Assembly: GCF_037042905.1 (NCBI RefSeq)
Contig: NC_087251.1
Span: 40,984,001-41,048,000, forward strand
DNA: 64,000 nt
DNA from: Lytechinus pictus
Taxonomy: Eukaryota
Direction: 5' to 3'
The notes beneath the pieces were generated by a model, which saw only the letters and a list, made by a program, of their open reading frames with translations, searched no databases and had not been told where the DNA came from. A program made the position numbers and the translations under genes. This document shows positions 1 to 14,400 of the stretch, piece after piece (positions within the stretch are counted from its first letter, which is position 1; each line of letters begins with the position of its first letter).

Positions 1-87
1 TTTAACTGAACTGTATTAAATTCTGAAATCTGAGCTGAAAAACAATCATGCTGAAAGATCACCTACACAGATACGCACATGTGGGTC

Positions 88-1618
88 CAAGCCTTGAAAT
101 AAGCACCTGTGAGCCGGGGGCAATTTTTTTTTTAAATTGACCCCGGCTCACGGGCTTTTTACAGGAACCGGGGCAATTTTTAAAAAATATATAACGGTGA
201 ACCACACCGCAAATTTGTTTATAGTAAGCGCAGCTCCTGCAATTTTTTAATTAGTACATGAATAGCATATGCTAAGTATTAGGCTTATTCAAACATTTAA
301 GAAATCAGATTTAAATGTTAAGTGTGTTTGGACACCCTCACTCCACATCCCCTTTACAACCACACACACATGGGCTTATTTATTTTTCATCTTTAATGAA
401 CCACGATCAATGAACCCCCCCCCCACAAAAAAAAAAATCTAAATAAATGAATAAAATAAAAATATAAAAAAAGAGAGAGAGATGGAGAAAGAGAGAATTC
501 AGATCAAATAATAATAAATTTAGAAAAAAAAATAATTTTTAAGGTTTTTTTTCATGGTTAGAATCACGGTGTGGGTGAGTGTTTGTGTGTGATTGTGACT
601 GTGAGGTGCACTTGGATTGCATATAAATTATGTTAAAGAAATGAAGAAATGAAATCAACATCTAACTCAGTCTATTCAAATTCCAGCACATAGCCACAGG
701 CAAGCTATGTACATGTATTGTAGGTTCATGAACCTTAAGTTTTTCACAAGTTATTTGAAAACGCAGATCTCCACAGAAGATGCCTTTCATTCTGGGAGAG
801 TCTAAATTCGGTGAAAATGTATTCATTAATAACTTAAATATTCATCACAATGAAGAAATCATAAAGTTTTTTGACAGTTTTCAAAAATTAACATGAAATC
901 TAAACTATATCTGAAACGGAAAATCACCATCACTTAGGCCATTACTGATAGAATTCTCACCCAGAGCTCTGGCAGAGAACATGAGCTCAAACTGGCTAGC
1001 TCTAACACCACACTCAAGTGTGGTGTTAGATGGAGCCTTGTTTGATGATTTATTGTCTGATATTTACCCCTCTCCAAGAAAGAAATTAAAAAGCTACAAT
1101 TCACAACTATAAGCTAAGTGATTTTGGATTATTAAGGCTCCGTTTTGACAAGCAAAGTCGGAGACTGTGAGGATAAAAGACTCGCACATCGTATGTGCTG
1201 TGAACAGGGATTTATCTCCTGTGCAATTCGAATTACTATATAGCAGAATAGTGATATCCCAACTGGAAATGTGTCCATTAGAAATTGCACATGGTGAAGT
1301 ATGGAAAAACCGCTACCGGAAGCACGCGCACATGTATTACAGAAGAAAAAAAAGACGGACGTAGCTCACTTTTTATGGTACAGAAAAAAAGACGCACTTA
1401 CGTGTTTATCGTAAATTGAAAGTTACTTGATTTTGGCTTTTCAGATATTTAAATTATATGTATGATATGGCTTCACTGCTCACTCACGGCGGGCGCAATT
1501 ACCTGGAAAATATTTGCGCCCGGTCGTCAAAATTTTGATGATTTGGGGGCTTTATGGGCGCAATTGATGGCTTTATAAGCGCGAATTTGCACTCAGCGCC
1601 CGCTTATTTCAAGGCTTG
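88..1618. mobile_element. hAT-like non-autonomous DNA transposon
   Basis: 17-bp TIR CAAGCCTTGAAATAAGC / GCTTATTTCAAGGCTTG; perfect 8-bp TSD TGTGGGTC (80-87, 1619-1626). Confidence 0.85.
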
Positions 1619-2188
1619 TGTGGGTCAGTGTATTGATATTGCTTGGATAAAGACCAGTTTGCTGGCATCACATCCTTACTTTGCCAATTTCTTCCTAAAT
1701 CCTATGGCACATATTTCTATTTATACAGACAGGCACTTTCATGGTCATTTGATTCTGTACAAACTCCTTTTGAACTTGTTACCACAAATGGCATTTATCT
1801 TTATACTGAAGATTTATTACAAGAACCAAATTAATTGATTTTTCAGTAAGCCTTGAAAATTGATGCAAAGTCTGTGTTAATGTCTTACAAATACAAGACA
1901 CATAAATAAGGAATTTGTTACAAATCCAATGTTACATCATCTCTGATTCTGTAGTATAAAAGTTGATAATTTTATAATTTCCCTAGTACTTGATTGAATA
2001 TTGATTTAAGATATTTTCCATGAGTAGATATTTACCCAAGAATTCCCTTGGTCCACTCATTCATTCTGTATGGGATACTTAGACAAAAATAAAGAAAGAG
2101 AAGCTGATGATTATGATATTCAGAATCATTTAAATTCACTCTTTCCGGTGACCATTATCATCAAATCTCTTTTCAAACTCTCATGCAG

Positions 2189-2445
2189 GAAAAAGCCTTA
2201 AAGAAGAAGGAGAGCTTCTCGGAGCATGTTGAAGCGACGAAAAGAAAGTTTGAGAACCTGCTGACGGACCTGGTAGCAAACCAAGGCAGAGTAGAGAGAA
2301 TAAATAAGATGGCCGACAGGTTTGTGGAGACGGGCCATAGCAAACAAGGTGACGTCAGGAGTAGACAGAAGGAAGTCAATCAACAGTGGCAGAGAGTTCA
2401 ACAACTAAAAGCTGATAAGGAAAAGATGCTTGAAGGAGCCTCAAG
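2189..2445 (+). CDS. SPTBN5: spectrin exon 1 (window numbering)
   Basis: cag|EKALKKKESF...LEGAS|gtacga. Confidence 0.9.
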
Positions 2446-5400
2446 GTACGAAATTAGTCCGGGGGCCCCCGTCGCACAAAGAGTTGCGATTAATCTGATC
2501 AACCACAACTATGGAAAGCCAGCAATGCCAACATCTCACAAGCATATTTGCTCAAATTGTTTTCGAAATATGATGTATACTCATACATTCATTGTTGTCT
2601 TAAAAATTCAGTGTGCTCCTCCTTGTTTAAAAAGGACATTTCTTGTAGCAAAATTACGACATTGATGGATTTCCATATATTTGAGATTGATCGGTTACAC
2701 CTCTTTGTAAGATGGGATCCAGGGGCTCATTTCATAAAGACTTTCAAGCCATTATGTTACCACGGTGGTTACCACAGTGGCAAAAATTACCATAATTGTA
2801 AGTTCTTGATGAAACGGGCCTAAATGATTTTAAAGAGTAATATTCTGCTTATTCAAAGCATCATGCTTCATTCAGTGATCATCAATACGTAGATCTCTGT
2901 TTGTTATGTTTATGTTTTTGTAGTAGTATTTTGCAATTCACGATTTCTTTGAATACCTCATCACATACTTTGTAGTTGATTATACTTTAAACCCTCAAGT
3001 CATTCATTTTTCACTGCATGATATTGGATTGCGAGTATATTAAATGATCATAGAACTAATATTGTCAAGTTGTTTATCAAAACATTTTCTTTTCAGAAAG
3101 GTATTCATATATTGAAGAAAGTTCATCACACATCAATATTCAAAATTAATTTCGATTTTCTTCATGATAGCAGATTTCATTAAAAAAAATGATCTCTTCA
3201 TTTGAAACTGTTTGATTATTTCATTTCAGTATTGAGCTTTACAATCATTCATGGGGTGAGACCAAGGAATGGATAATGGATAAATTCAAAGCTTTGACCT
3301 CCGACGACCCTGGCAACCAAACCCTACCGGCCGAGGCTTTACAAAGAAAGTATGAAAACCTACAGAGAGAACTCACACCCGTCATGGATAAACTACGCAA
3401 ACTGGGCCTCCTCGCCATAGCGTAAGTCTATCTTGAATCCTTGGGAGTGTTTCATGAAACAAATAATGATTTTTGCTGGAAAATCCCTGACAACTGTTAT
3501 AAGCTACTGAAATATTCATGTTTGATTGGCTGAGATCATATTAGTTGGTGAAAAATCACTGACTATTTGTTTTATGAAATGCTCCCCACATGGTTTAGGG
3601 ATATACTATTGCTTGCCAATGAAAAGGATTCTTTCATTTTTTATTCAGAAAGGAGATCGTATTGAAATTGATAATTGATGTAAAGTAATGATTTAACTAC
3701 ATTTAAAAGTTTTTGTTATTTAGATTGTTGGAATGCATTTTAATTTTTATCACCAGCTAATGAGGAAAGTCTTTTAACAGAAATTTGCTTTCTTTTGATA
3801 ATTCCCAGGCATTTTTTGGGTGTATTTTCTTTGTCTCCTGATATTGTATTCTGAATATTGTATTGATGATTGTTTTCAAAGTATTGATATTGACTATTGT
3901 TAGTGTATTCCTGGAAATCAAATAAATAGATAAATATAAAATGATTTTAAATTAATAGCACTTACATTTGCTGTAGATGAATCATATTTTTTTACCTGTT
4001 CAAATGCCCAAACTGGCCGTCATTGATTTGTTTCTCTTAGTGATATATTTTCCTACTAATGGTCTTGGGCCCATGTTTGTTGAAGTAGTATAATATCAAA
4101 ATTTTACATTTTACTTGGAAAAAATAATCATACTTTACCAAATCAAAAAAAAAATCTGTAATCTTCAGAATAACAAATTTTATGGACAATTCCAGAAATA
4201 ATCACCCTCTTTGTATGTACCCCTAATTTTCCCTATTATTACTTCCATATCATGAACTGCTCAAGCTGTTATATATATTAGGATCATTACAAGTTTTCAT
4301 ATTCAAATTCAATTTCCTTTCCAACAGATATGTCATGCAAATAATAACAACATGTATAATTATATTCAATCATATAAATTAAAATTATCATTTAAGGTAA
4401 TATTTGGGTTGATGTACAAAGAATATTTGGTAGACGATTTATAATACATATTTTAGATATAAATATATAAGCATCTGTTAAAAGTTGGGATTCACCGAAA
4501 ACATAGCTTCTACAAATGAAATAGAAAGCAAAGACTATGAACAAGAAATAAGAGATAAAGCATATTAGGGTCCCATATGTCCCATAAGGTCCCACTAGTG
4601 TCCTTTTTAAAAGATAAAAACTCCTGTGTTTATTTTACATCTATAAACTCTCCCTTGGATCATTAATGTACTCTAGTCAGAAAAATATAATTCTTGAATC
4701 ACTAAGAATATATTTTTTCTCTCAATGCAAATACCCTTTCTCATCAAACCTGCAGTCAATCTGATTTTCATATGCCCTCCGTCCGAACTACCTCTACTAA
4801 AAAAAACTATAATGTATTCAGGTCCCAAATTATGGAACTCTCCCCCCCCCCCACACACACACTCAAGAACAGTTTATTCCGTAATAATTTTCAGCATCAG
4901 TATAAAGACATTCTGTTAACCATGTGTCCATTCAGTAACAAATACGTAACTGTAAAATGTCTACGATTTCTGTGTTTGCCTTTCTCCTACACTTAATTAA
5001 ATTATTCTCACTAATTTTTTGTGACTCTCCACACACACTAGTCCTTTTCCTTTTTTCTATCATTCTTCCAGAAAGGCAAACACTTGATTAACACTTGAAT
5101 GATTTTTTTCCCCCTTACATGTTTGTGTCTTTGTATGTTCTATTTTGCATTCCTTCCCTGTTCCTTCTTTACTTGGCTGGAACTTCTAAGATCTATCAGA
5201 TCTCTAACGCCAGTCCACACTCGAAGACTTTTTTGTACATTATTCTACTGTATTGTCATTTTCTCTACCTTGTATTATCGTTCTTTCTTGCCATTATGTA
5301 AATTCTCAGTTACTAGTAGCCTATATATTATGTTATTTTTATCGAGTGGAAATAAATGAATTGAATTGAATTACAATGTATTATTATTACACACTTGTTT

Positions 5401-8400
5401 GAATTGCGATACTTCTTTTTATATTTTGTGATCTACAGTGTAAAAACTTCCTATCCTGATGAGGGTGACCATATCAGCAATCGTCAGGATGAGATTAGTA
5501 AGCTTTGGGATAATCTAGAAGATAAAGCTACTGAGAGGAAGACACAGCTGGCTCAGTCTAGGGATATCACTACATTTCACAATGAATCGAAAGAATTGGT
5601 GAGTGCCAAATGACACAGCCAAGTAACTGATTTGTTTATAAAACACCTATGATCTTGCAAGCATAATTACTTTATGAGGTATATATTAGATATTTGTATA
5701 GCATAGCAAAGGTACTTCCTGCTCTGCTCAGCTACCTTTTACAATGCTCATAGCATATAAAGAATTCCTTCTTGCTAATATCCGGTAATCCCTGTGTGGA
5801 GAATGGCAAGTGTAGATAAATGTCTTTTCTAAGGTCATTGGACTTCTCTCAGAGGATCATTTGAAATTAGAGTATTTGAAAAATTTTCAGGAATTGCATT
5901 GTTTTAGTCTCACCTGAACACAGTTCGGCAGAGACCTAGTGATCACTTTTTCTGTTAGTCTGTTGGTCAGTTAGTCTGTTATTCTGTTGGTCTGTCACAA
6001 AAATGGTAAAGTTTTTTGTTTAACTTGCTGAATTATGATCACATTTGGTACATGTGATCCTTGGGTAATACCACATGTGTGTTCATGAGGATGATAAGGT
6101 CAAGGGTCATCTAGGGATCAAAAGATCATATTGCTTGCATGTGCTATTGATCACAAAATCAGGCGAGACTCATGGTTTGCGAACCGCCTTGATTAATTAA
6201 AGAGAGAACTATTGAGTAAGATATATGATTAACTGAAAAAAGTCATTATGACAGAGCTGGCAAGTTTAAATTTTTTTAGTAAAATAGGTGGGGTTTTTTT
6301 TCATCGCAAAAAACAATTTTTTGAAATATCTTAAGTATGGTGCGAATGTGACAACACTGGCTGTGAGAATGACTGCATGCTTTGCTGTGTATTGTGTTGT
6401 GCCAGCAATTCTTACAATCATATACAGTGTGTACTTACTTGATTTGACCGTGTATAGATTACTTGGTGTAATGAGATGAATGGTAAACTCTTGGACACCG
6501 AGCTAGCTAAAGATGTAGTCGGTTCAGAAGACTTGCTGAAGAGACATGGTGATCTTCTACAGGACATTCAAGCTCATGAAGATAAGTGAGTCTTAGCAGC
6601 GGGTCTTTCATTGGAAATCAGATGATTTGTTTGTTTGTTGACAACTCAATTAAATTTTAATTTCCTCATTATTAAAAAAACTGATGTATATTCTAAATAT
6701 TTTTCCATGCCTCTGTTGCCATTCTTATTTTATACTTAAAAAAAGGGTAAATTCCCACTTGGTCAACACCTACTACTCTGTCTATTTTTTGTTTGTTCTC
6801 TTCCCTTGTGGTCTAATTCTAGTTTATATGTAACCAGTTCATGTAATAGCACTTTGGTTCAACATCACAAAATGAACTGTTTATGAATCAATTTTTCAAT
6901 AAAAATAGTGGAAATCAAACCATCTTGGCATTAGATGAAATGACAATGAGACCAAGCTTTTATTAGACTCAGTGATGGTCAGACCAAATTCATGAGTTCT
7001 GAAAAGATTTGAATTCATGTATTGTTTCTAATGTCACCCAAACAGTTTTAATTCAAATATTTGAAAAAGTATTCTTTTATATTATATTCTAAATTGATAC
7101 ATGGAGTTGACTTTTTTTTTTAGTTTCTGTTTCATAACTTACATTTATTCAGCATTTTCAAGGGTAATACTAGCCATTTATAATAACAACCTGTTTTCCT
7201 TTTTTTCACTAGATTCACCAAACTAAGCAAGCTAGGACAGCAGCTCCTGAAGACGTTGCCCGATTCAGTGACGATCGCACACAAAGTAGAGAAGCTTTCA
7301 ACGATGAAAGAGAGTTTGGCAACACGATGGGACAAGAGGAATAAGCAGCTTCAAGATGCTCTGGATTTAGCTGTGAGTTTATAAATGTTCTATCAGAGAT
7401 TAATGCATAACTATATTCATTGTTTTTTTTTTCTCAGCAACCGAGAAAAATTTCATAGGAATTAGTCATAAAATGCAATAATGTATAAAAAAAAAAACAT
7501 AGGATGAGCCGACCCTAGATGGATTGGGGGAAAAAATGAATAATTGTCATTAATAATGACTATCTGACCAAATCAGTGGATGGTTCCCCCCTTCCAAAAA
7601 AAAAGGGCAAACAAAATTAATTCAACTGAGCTGACACTTCAAAAAACAAAAACAAAACATAATTATGGAGTGGGTTAGCAGAATGTATGAAATTCCTCTA
7701 TTCAGGTTTCATGTCATTCAAAATATGCAAGATGACCTTTATGATCCATCCTTTGACCTCATGAAACTATTCACAAAGAAATCTCACCGCTTTGTTCTCA
7801 TTGGTTTATAGGCATTAGTCAATAACTGAGTGATTCTTTGCTATTTGAGGTCTTTTCAAATGTGTCAAGTTAATAAGAACGTTGAATCTATTCCTTATTT
7901 TTTATGGATTTAGTGCACATGGGTATGTTTATCCTTAATATGATGAAGAAAAAAATAAGGTTGATGATTCTTGAATTCGTTTTTGATTCTGCATCTATCA
8001 ATTATAAACAATTCCTTTTAAGCAGTGGTTCGTTGTGAATTATGAAATTGTCATCTTTGTTGATATATGACTTTCCAAATAAGTATGTGTATAAGAACAG
8101 TAGATCATGTATTTCAAGGGGAATTTTTTCACTCTGTCTCAGTTGATTGATGATTAATGATAATAATATACAACATTTCTTAAGCACATAAAGCAAGGTT
8201 TCTAAGTCTTGTATACAATTAAATAATAATATAGGATTTGTATAGCGCATGTATCCACCTTGCTAGGTGCTCAAGGTGCTCCTATATTACCCCGGCTAAG
8301 CTAGTCTACCAATTCTGGTGCGCACAGCTTTTTGAGGAATTACTTCCTGCCGGTACCCATTTACCTCACCTGGGTTGAGTGCAGCACAGTGTGTATAAAT

Positions 8401-11400
8401 TTCTTGCTGAAGGAAAACACGCCATGGCCCAGGATTCGAACTCACGACCCTCTGTTTGAAAGGCGAGAGTCAGAACCACTAGACCACTCTGGCTTTAGCA
8501 TGGCTATCCTGATCAGTTGCTCGAGCATTAATGAATTTCTTCCTAACAGGTATCTGTGTACTAAAACTGGGTGGAGAGTGGCAAATGTAGATAAAGACCT
8601 TTCCAAAATATGCTGCTTGCTACAGGATTTGAATCCCAGACCTTGTTCCAATCCCAATGTCTTATCCATTGAGTCACACCTAGTTATAACATTAGTATTA
8701 GCTCTATCATTAGTTCTTCCTTAATAATGCATGACTTTGATTTCATTCTTGTTGTGTGATAGATTTTAAATCGAGAGGCAGATCAGATTGACGTTACAAC
8801 CAGTGGTCATGAAGATTTCCTAGACTTCAATGATTTAGGGGTAAGTTTTACTTCTCGATCAGAATTTATTTTTGGTATGATGTCATTTTCATTCAATTCT
8901 TAATTTGAGATGAATAATATGAAAAAGAGTTAGAAAAATGATTGCAGTTTGATATGATATTGAGACAAAGTGATGTAATTGTAAGTTATTGTTCTTCCTT
9001 ATTGTCTTTCGATTTTCATGGGTTATGTGTTGGGTTTGTCCAGTGAAACGTGCTTTAACTTATACATGTTTATAGTATTACTATAATTATCAAATGATTT
9101 CAAGTATTGAATTTTATTTTAAATTAGCATTTTACCTAATTTGTCATTTCAATGTGGCTTATTTTATTTTATAAGGGTGGTTATCTCGACAAACCTTGAT
9201 AGGTTTTTATGACCACCCAATTCCAATATCGTATCTTTTTATTGTAATTTGTATCTCTTTAATACTTGTTTTACATGTACCTTACATTTTCTTGCCTTAT
9301 TCTTGTACATTGTATTATTACTGTATTCTATACTCCGTATTGATTTTTATTCGAATTAAATAAAACATTGAATTGAATTGAATGATTAGCATTCAACTAT
9401 ATTCAAAAGATTATTGAATACTTCAAAATTTTGTTTATGTGTTGCAGTCATATATCATCAGTGGATTGCTAAACCTTGTATCATAAAATTAAAATATTTC
9501 TGGACAGCTTGGGAAAAGCTGTTTCTTAGAATTTCAATTATGGTAATGATGGCAACATAAAATCAGTCTCTTAATTATTGAAGATAACTTGTCAAGCAAA
9601 AGGATGTTGCCATAATTCTGACATTTTAATGAGCTGTTTGAGATACATGATTTTAACAATGACTGGTGATACATATGTATCAGAGAAAATAAAATTAACC
9701 TACATCAAGTTCTTACCCACCTAGGTTTTGGACATAAATGTTCTTTCTGCCTTATTCGCTCTTTAAGATTTATCTATTGTCAGTTTCTTGAGTGATATGC
9801 ATCTTCAAAAATGTTCAAATATTTCTATGTATATATACTTCTACAGAGCACAGTGGAGAGTGTCATTTCGTTACTCAAAAGACATGAAGACTTCATGAAG
9901 AAGTTTGACCTTCAAGAGGAGAAGGTCAAAGGTCTGAAAGACATGGCTCAATCTCTCATTGACAGAAAACACTATGCAAAGAATTAGTGAGTATGCACAT
10001 TGAGTAGAAGATGGTAATTATCTTTACTTTTTAAAGCAGAAAACATAATATTCAATTTATCTCTAGATGAGTCATAATATTTTAATATTTTTGCATGTAT
10101 CTATAGTTATTAAGAAAGTCATATGAGAATAGAATAGCATAGCAATATTATTATTCATTTTTTAGCCTCCCTACCTATTATAATTCAGCTTCAAACTTTA
10201 AATATTGTAGTTATTCAACTATTGTAAAAATGGCAAATTCCATTAAAACCTATATTTAATGGCCTGTATTCTGAAGTCAGGTTTAACTTAGACCATGGTC
10301 TAACTCTGTGCTAAAATTATGGGAAGCCAAGTGTCAAAATTTTTATTAAGTTGTATGTTTCTTATGTTTACTGTGCTCTTTCCTGATTCATCAATGGTGA
10401 AGACAAATGTATATTTGTACTTCCTAGACAATTATGAATGATTTGAGAGCCAAATGAGCTGAAATATGATTTCTCAGCCGTTAGTGATTTATGTAACAAT
10501 TGGCTATCCATACTTAAACCACAACTTTAAACCTGAGTTTAAGTTAAACCTGACTTCAGAATATGGGCCATCATGTTTTAATCATTTGAAATGTCTGTGC
10601 CTCTTTGCAGTGTTGTTTCTCGGAGAGATGAAGTAACAGAACGGAGGATTGCAGTTAAAGAGAGAAGTGAGCAAAGATACCAAGCCCTTAAAGAATCGAA
10701 AGAACATCAAGAGTTTGTCAGAGATGCTGATGAGGTAATCCTATATCATTGCAGAATTTAATACGCCCTTCAATCTAGTAATAACCTTGGAAACAGAAAT
10801 TATTCTGTACATGATTTATTATCCAATTTAATCATCACTTCGAGAGTTTCTAGTTTATTTAGCAAGGAGGAAAAAATCTTATGTCTGGAAAATTTGGACT
10901 GAAGAAAACATACAGTTTTACACTGTTTTGCAGTCCTATTGAGATATTGTAATTGAAGAGAAATATCAAATACAGATACATGTATAGTCTCCAAGAATAT
11001 TGGAATCTGTTATATAGCTTTTTATAGTAGGTTCTTATGTATAATTATAATGCTTATTTCTGACATTCTTACTGCTCAAAATTATTACCTTGGCTTCAGT
11101 TTAGCTGCCAATAAGACCCTTGAGCATTTCAAGGAATAATTTCCTACTTAGTACCCGTTTACCTCACCTGGGTCAAGTGTGGCAATTGTAGATTAATTAC
11201 CTTGTTAACTTCTACAGAGGTAAATTCATTCAGTGTAGATTGTATTCATGTGAGATAGCAATTGAAATGTCTGTATGCATTGCATGTATCTCTTGTTACA
11301 GATATCTTCCTGGCTTGCTGAAAAGTTTGAAATAGCTGATGATGAATCATACAGAGAACTAACCAATATACCTGGGAAGGTTAAGAAACATCAAGCTTTT

Positions 11401-14400
11401 CAAGCCGAGATAATAGCAAACAAGGAAAGGCTAGATAAACTAAATGAGGTAGGTCTGATTATACTATTTAGTCAAAGAAATACCAGTTTACCTTATAAAA
11501 TTACAATTTATATAACAAACATAAGTAGGAAGAACAAGATTACAGTAAAAATTGGTCATATAAGAGAATGTAAAGATATATCACTTTTTCTGAAATAGGT
11601 AAATAGAAGTAAGTAATGCCTCAAGGTAATGCGTTATTACGATGAAATTATGTGAAGTGCTGTAAAGGAGATAGGAGTTCATCAAGTGCTTTAACCCTAA
11701 TTTAACTGGGCTTTTTCAGACCAGGATATACTGAGGAGGGGGGGGGGGGATAAAAAAAGGAAAAGTAAAATTTTCAAAAGATTGATTTTTTGTATATTTG
11801 ATTGATTAATTAATTATGCAAATAAGCATATGAAATTTGCCATAAGTATGTTTTTTGTGCATATTTTTGTCTTTAACTCACTTTATATAGCTAGAAGTTA
11901 ATTTTTGGTGAAAATATCAATTATTATATTTCTAACAGATATCTACAAAAAATGGCAAAAAAATAATTAATTTCCTATGTATTTAATTTTTATTTTTAAT
12001 TCTTATGTATTTTTTTTTTAACCTTTGTTTTCAATTGTTTTTTCAATGAAATTTGTCAGGGACCCTTTTGCAATCATAAATAGCATAAAATAAATACATT
12101 CAAACCAACAAAATTTAAAATGGTCATACATTTATGATTTTTTGTTGAAAACACAATTTGCATTGACTTTGTACACGGAATCTCGTTTTTGAGCAATTTT
12201 TGGGTCTGACATGCACTTTGGTCTTAAAAGATGCCCAAGAGTTTAAAGTAAAAGGTCTCTGAGCGGCACAGTAAAAAAATTTGCACGGCAGTGTAGTGAG
12301 TAAATTACTCAAGTAGGGGTCAAATTGCTCCCCCCCTCTAGTTAAGTAAGGGTCAAAATTCCACATTATATCCACCCCATTTATACAACAATCAGACTTG
12401 TATATCTTGACCATTTAAGGGAGACAAAGAAAAGTGATCTTTATTTTATAAGTAGGTAGTATTTTGGGACAAAGTGTCAAACTAAAAAAATAAAATAAAG
12501 GGAAACAAAACTGGTGGTCTTCATAGGCAGGGGTCCTTCTATACAGCTGGTGACTGTTGTAGGTTTGACTGTATGTTTCTTTCCATTAGACTGGGACTGC
12601 CCTTGTTGATTCTGTCAATGCCAACTCAGAGGAGATCCAGGTCTTGCTGCAGGCCATCAACTCCCGCTGGATGGACCTGAGCACCAGGGCTGACGAGAGA
12701 GGTGAGAAGCTCCAGCAAGCCGTGGAGGAGCAGGAGCTGATACGGGCGATGGAAGATTCAGCGGCGAACATCCAGGAGATCGAGATTGCTATGACATCAC
12801 AGGATGTGGGACATGATCTGAGGAGTGTCAAGAGTCTCCTTAAGAGACAACAGGTCAAGTATTGCGATGAATATGCAATTCAGTGGCGGACCGTGACCCG
12901 AAGGAGACAAATGATTGGAGGGGCACTGTATTCTTTGTGAACAATGCTGTGCCCCTCCAATGCTTTGTCTCCTCCGGGTCACGGTCCGCCACTGATGCAA
13001 TTTGTCTTACTTTCTTTTGCTGGGAAGTAGAGGCCTCACAATCCTGTCTCGGCCTCGTCCCTGTTTACGTATCGGAGGGACCAGGTTTCATCTTGGTAAT
13101 ACTGAGATACCTGCTCGATGTTCCGTAGCTGGGCTGTTCGGATGATGCTTTATTTTAAGTTGGAATGGGGTTATTATCAGTGCCAAATATCTTGCGTCCT
13201 CTGGTAAATTTACAATTTTATGAACGAAATCAAAAATCCAAATGAAATGCGTACGTAAATGTATGTGTGTCCATGTGCAGGAGTTGATCTGGTTGAAGTT
13301 CACAATCTTTGTGCTTTTAATCTTCAATATTACCCGAAGACGAAATAAGATTTGTTTATTTGCACATTGGATTTAATATGTCTTCTCTTTGATGTATACG
13401 ATGGCTCTGTTAGTATGATCTGATCAATGTGATGATGTTATGTGCCACATGCAGCTGGCGATTTAAGTGCAACTTCAAATCACACTTAATTCTATGTGAA
13501 ACAACCCCCTTTATTTGTATGCAAAGAGCATTCATGAGTGTGGAAATGCCGTCATTGTTCTCACTTGCATGTAGGTATTGGACGCAGAGATGTCTCTTCA
13601 GGCTGAGAGGATGAAGAAGCTATCCCAGAATTCCAAGAAACTGGCAGATCAAGGTCACTTTGACAAAGACAAGATCAAATCTGAGACAGCATATTTTACA
13701 CAGAGGTGAATGATATTTCATCATTGCATTATCTCTATGGTACAGGGAAACCCGTTTGTAAAGACCGCCCAAAGGAGACAAGAAAAACAGTCTTTATGAA
13801 TAGGTTGTCTTTGTGGAAAGATCCTGTGATAGGTGTTTCAATGGGAAAACTATAAGCCAGTTCGTAGTTCCATTCTGTGCATGATCAGAGGAAGGTCATC
13901 GGTACTAAAGTGACATGGTGGTTTAAAATTCATTGAGATAAGCACCAACTTCGGTGTCTTGATTATTCATGTATTCTTTTGAACTGTGTTTTTTCATTTA
14001 CATCCACAAAGAACAAAAAAGCGTCCAAGCAGGACTGGTATTTCACAGTTTGCCAAGTACATTGTACAGCATGCTATGATATGCATTCAAAGTAGAAATG
14101 CAACAAATACCTTCATGGAGTGTTCATTGGTGTGCTATTCTAGTCACCTGGTATAATTCAATTTCTTCATCCTGCTATGTAAGCCATGCTTACGTAATAT
14201 CTTGCTTTGAAATCTGCCTATCATAATGAAAGAAATGAAAGGTCATTTGACCAAAATTGTCCATGATTTAACTACGAACTGGTCTATAAAAGAGATACAA
14301 ATCTTGTGATTATTGTACCGTATATACAATTGGTTCTTCTGTACAGATGATAGTTGATGCAGGTTTGCTGTAATTCGATATAGAACATGGGATTATAATT

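Noticed and set aside
5350..5372. AATAAA plus (GAATT)n as an intronic polyadenylation site (also near 9360 and 35020)
   Set aside because: Better explained as 3' tails of decayed LINE insertions; no terminal exon evidence.
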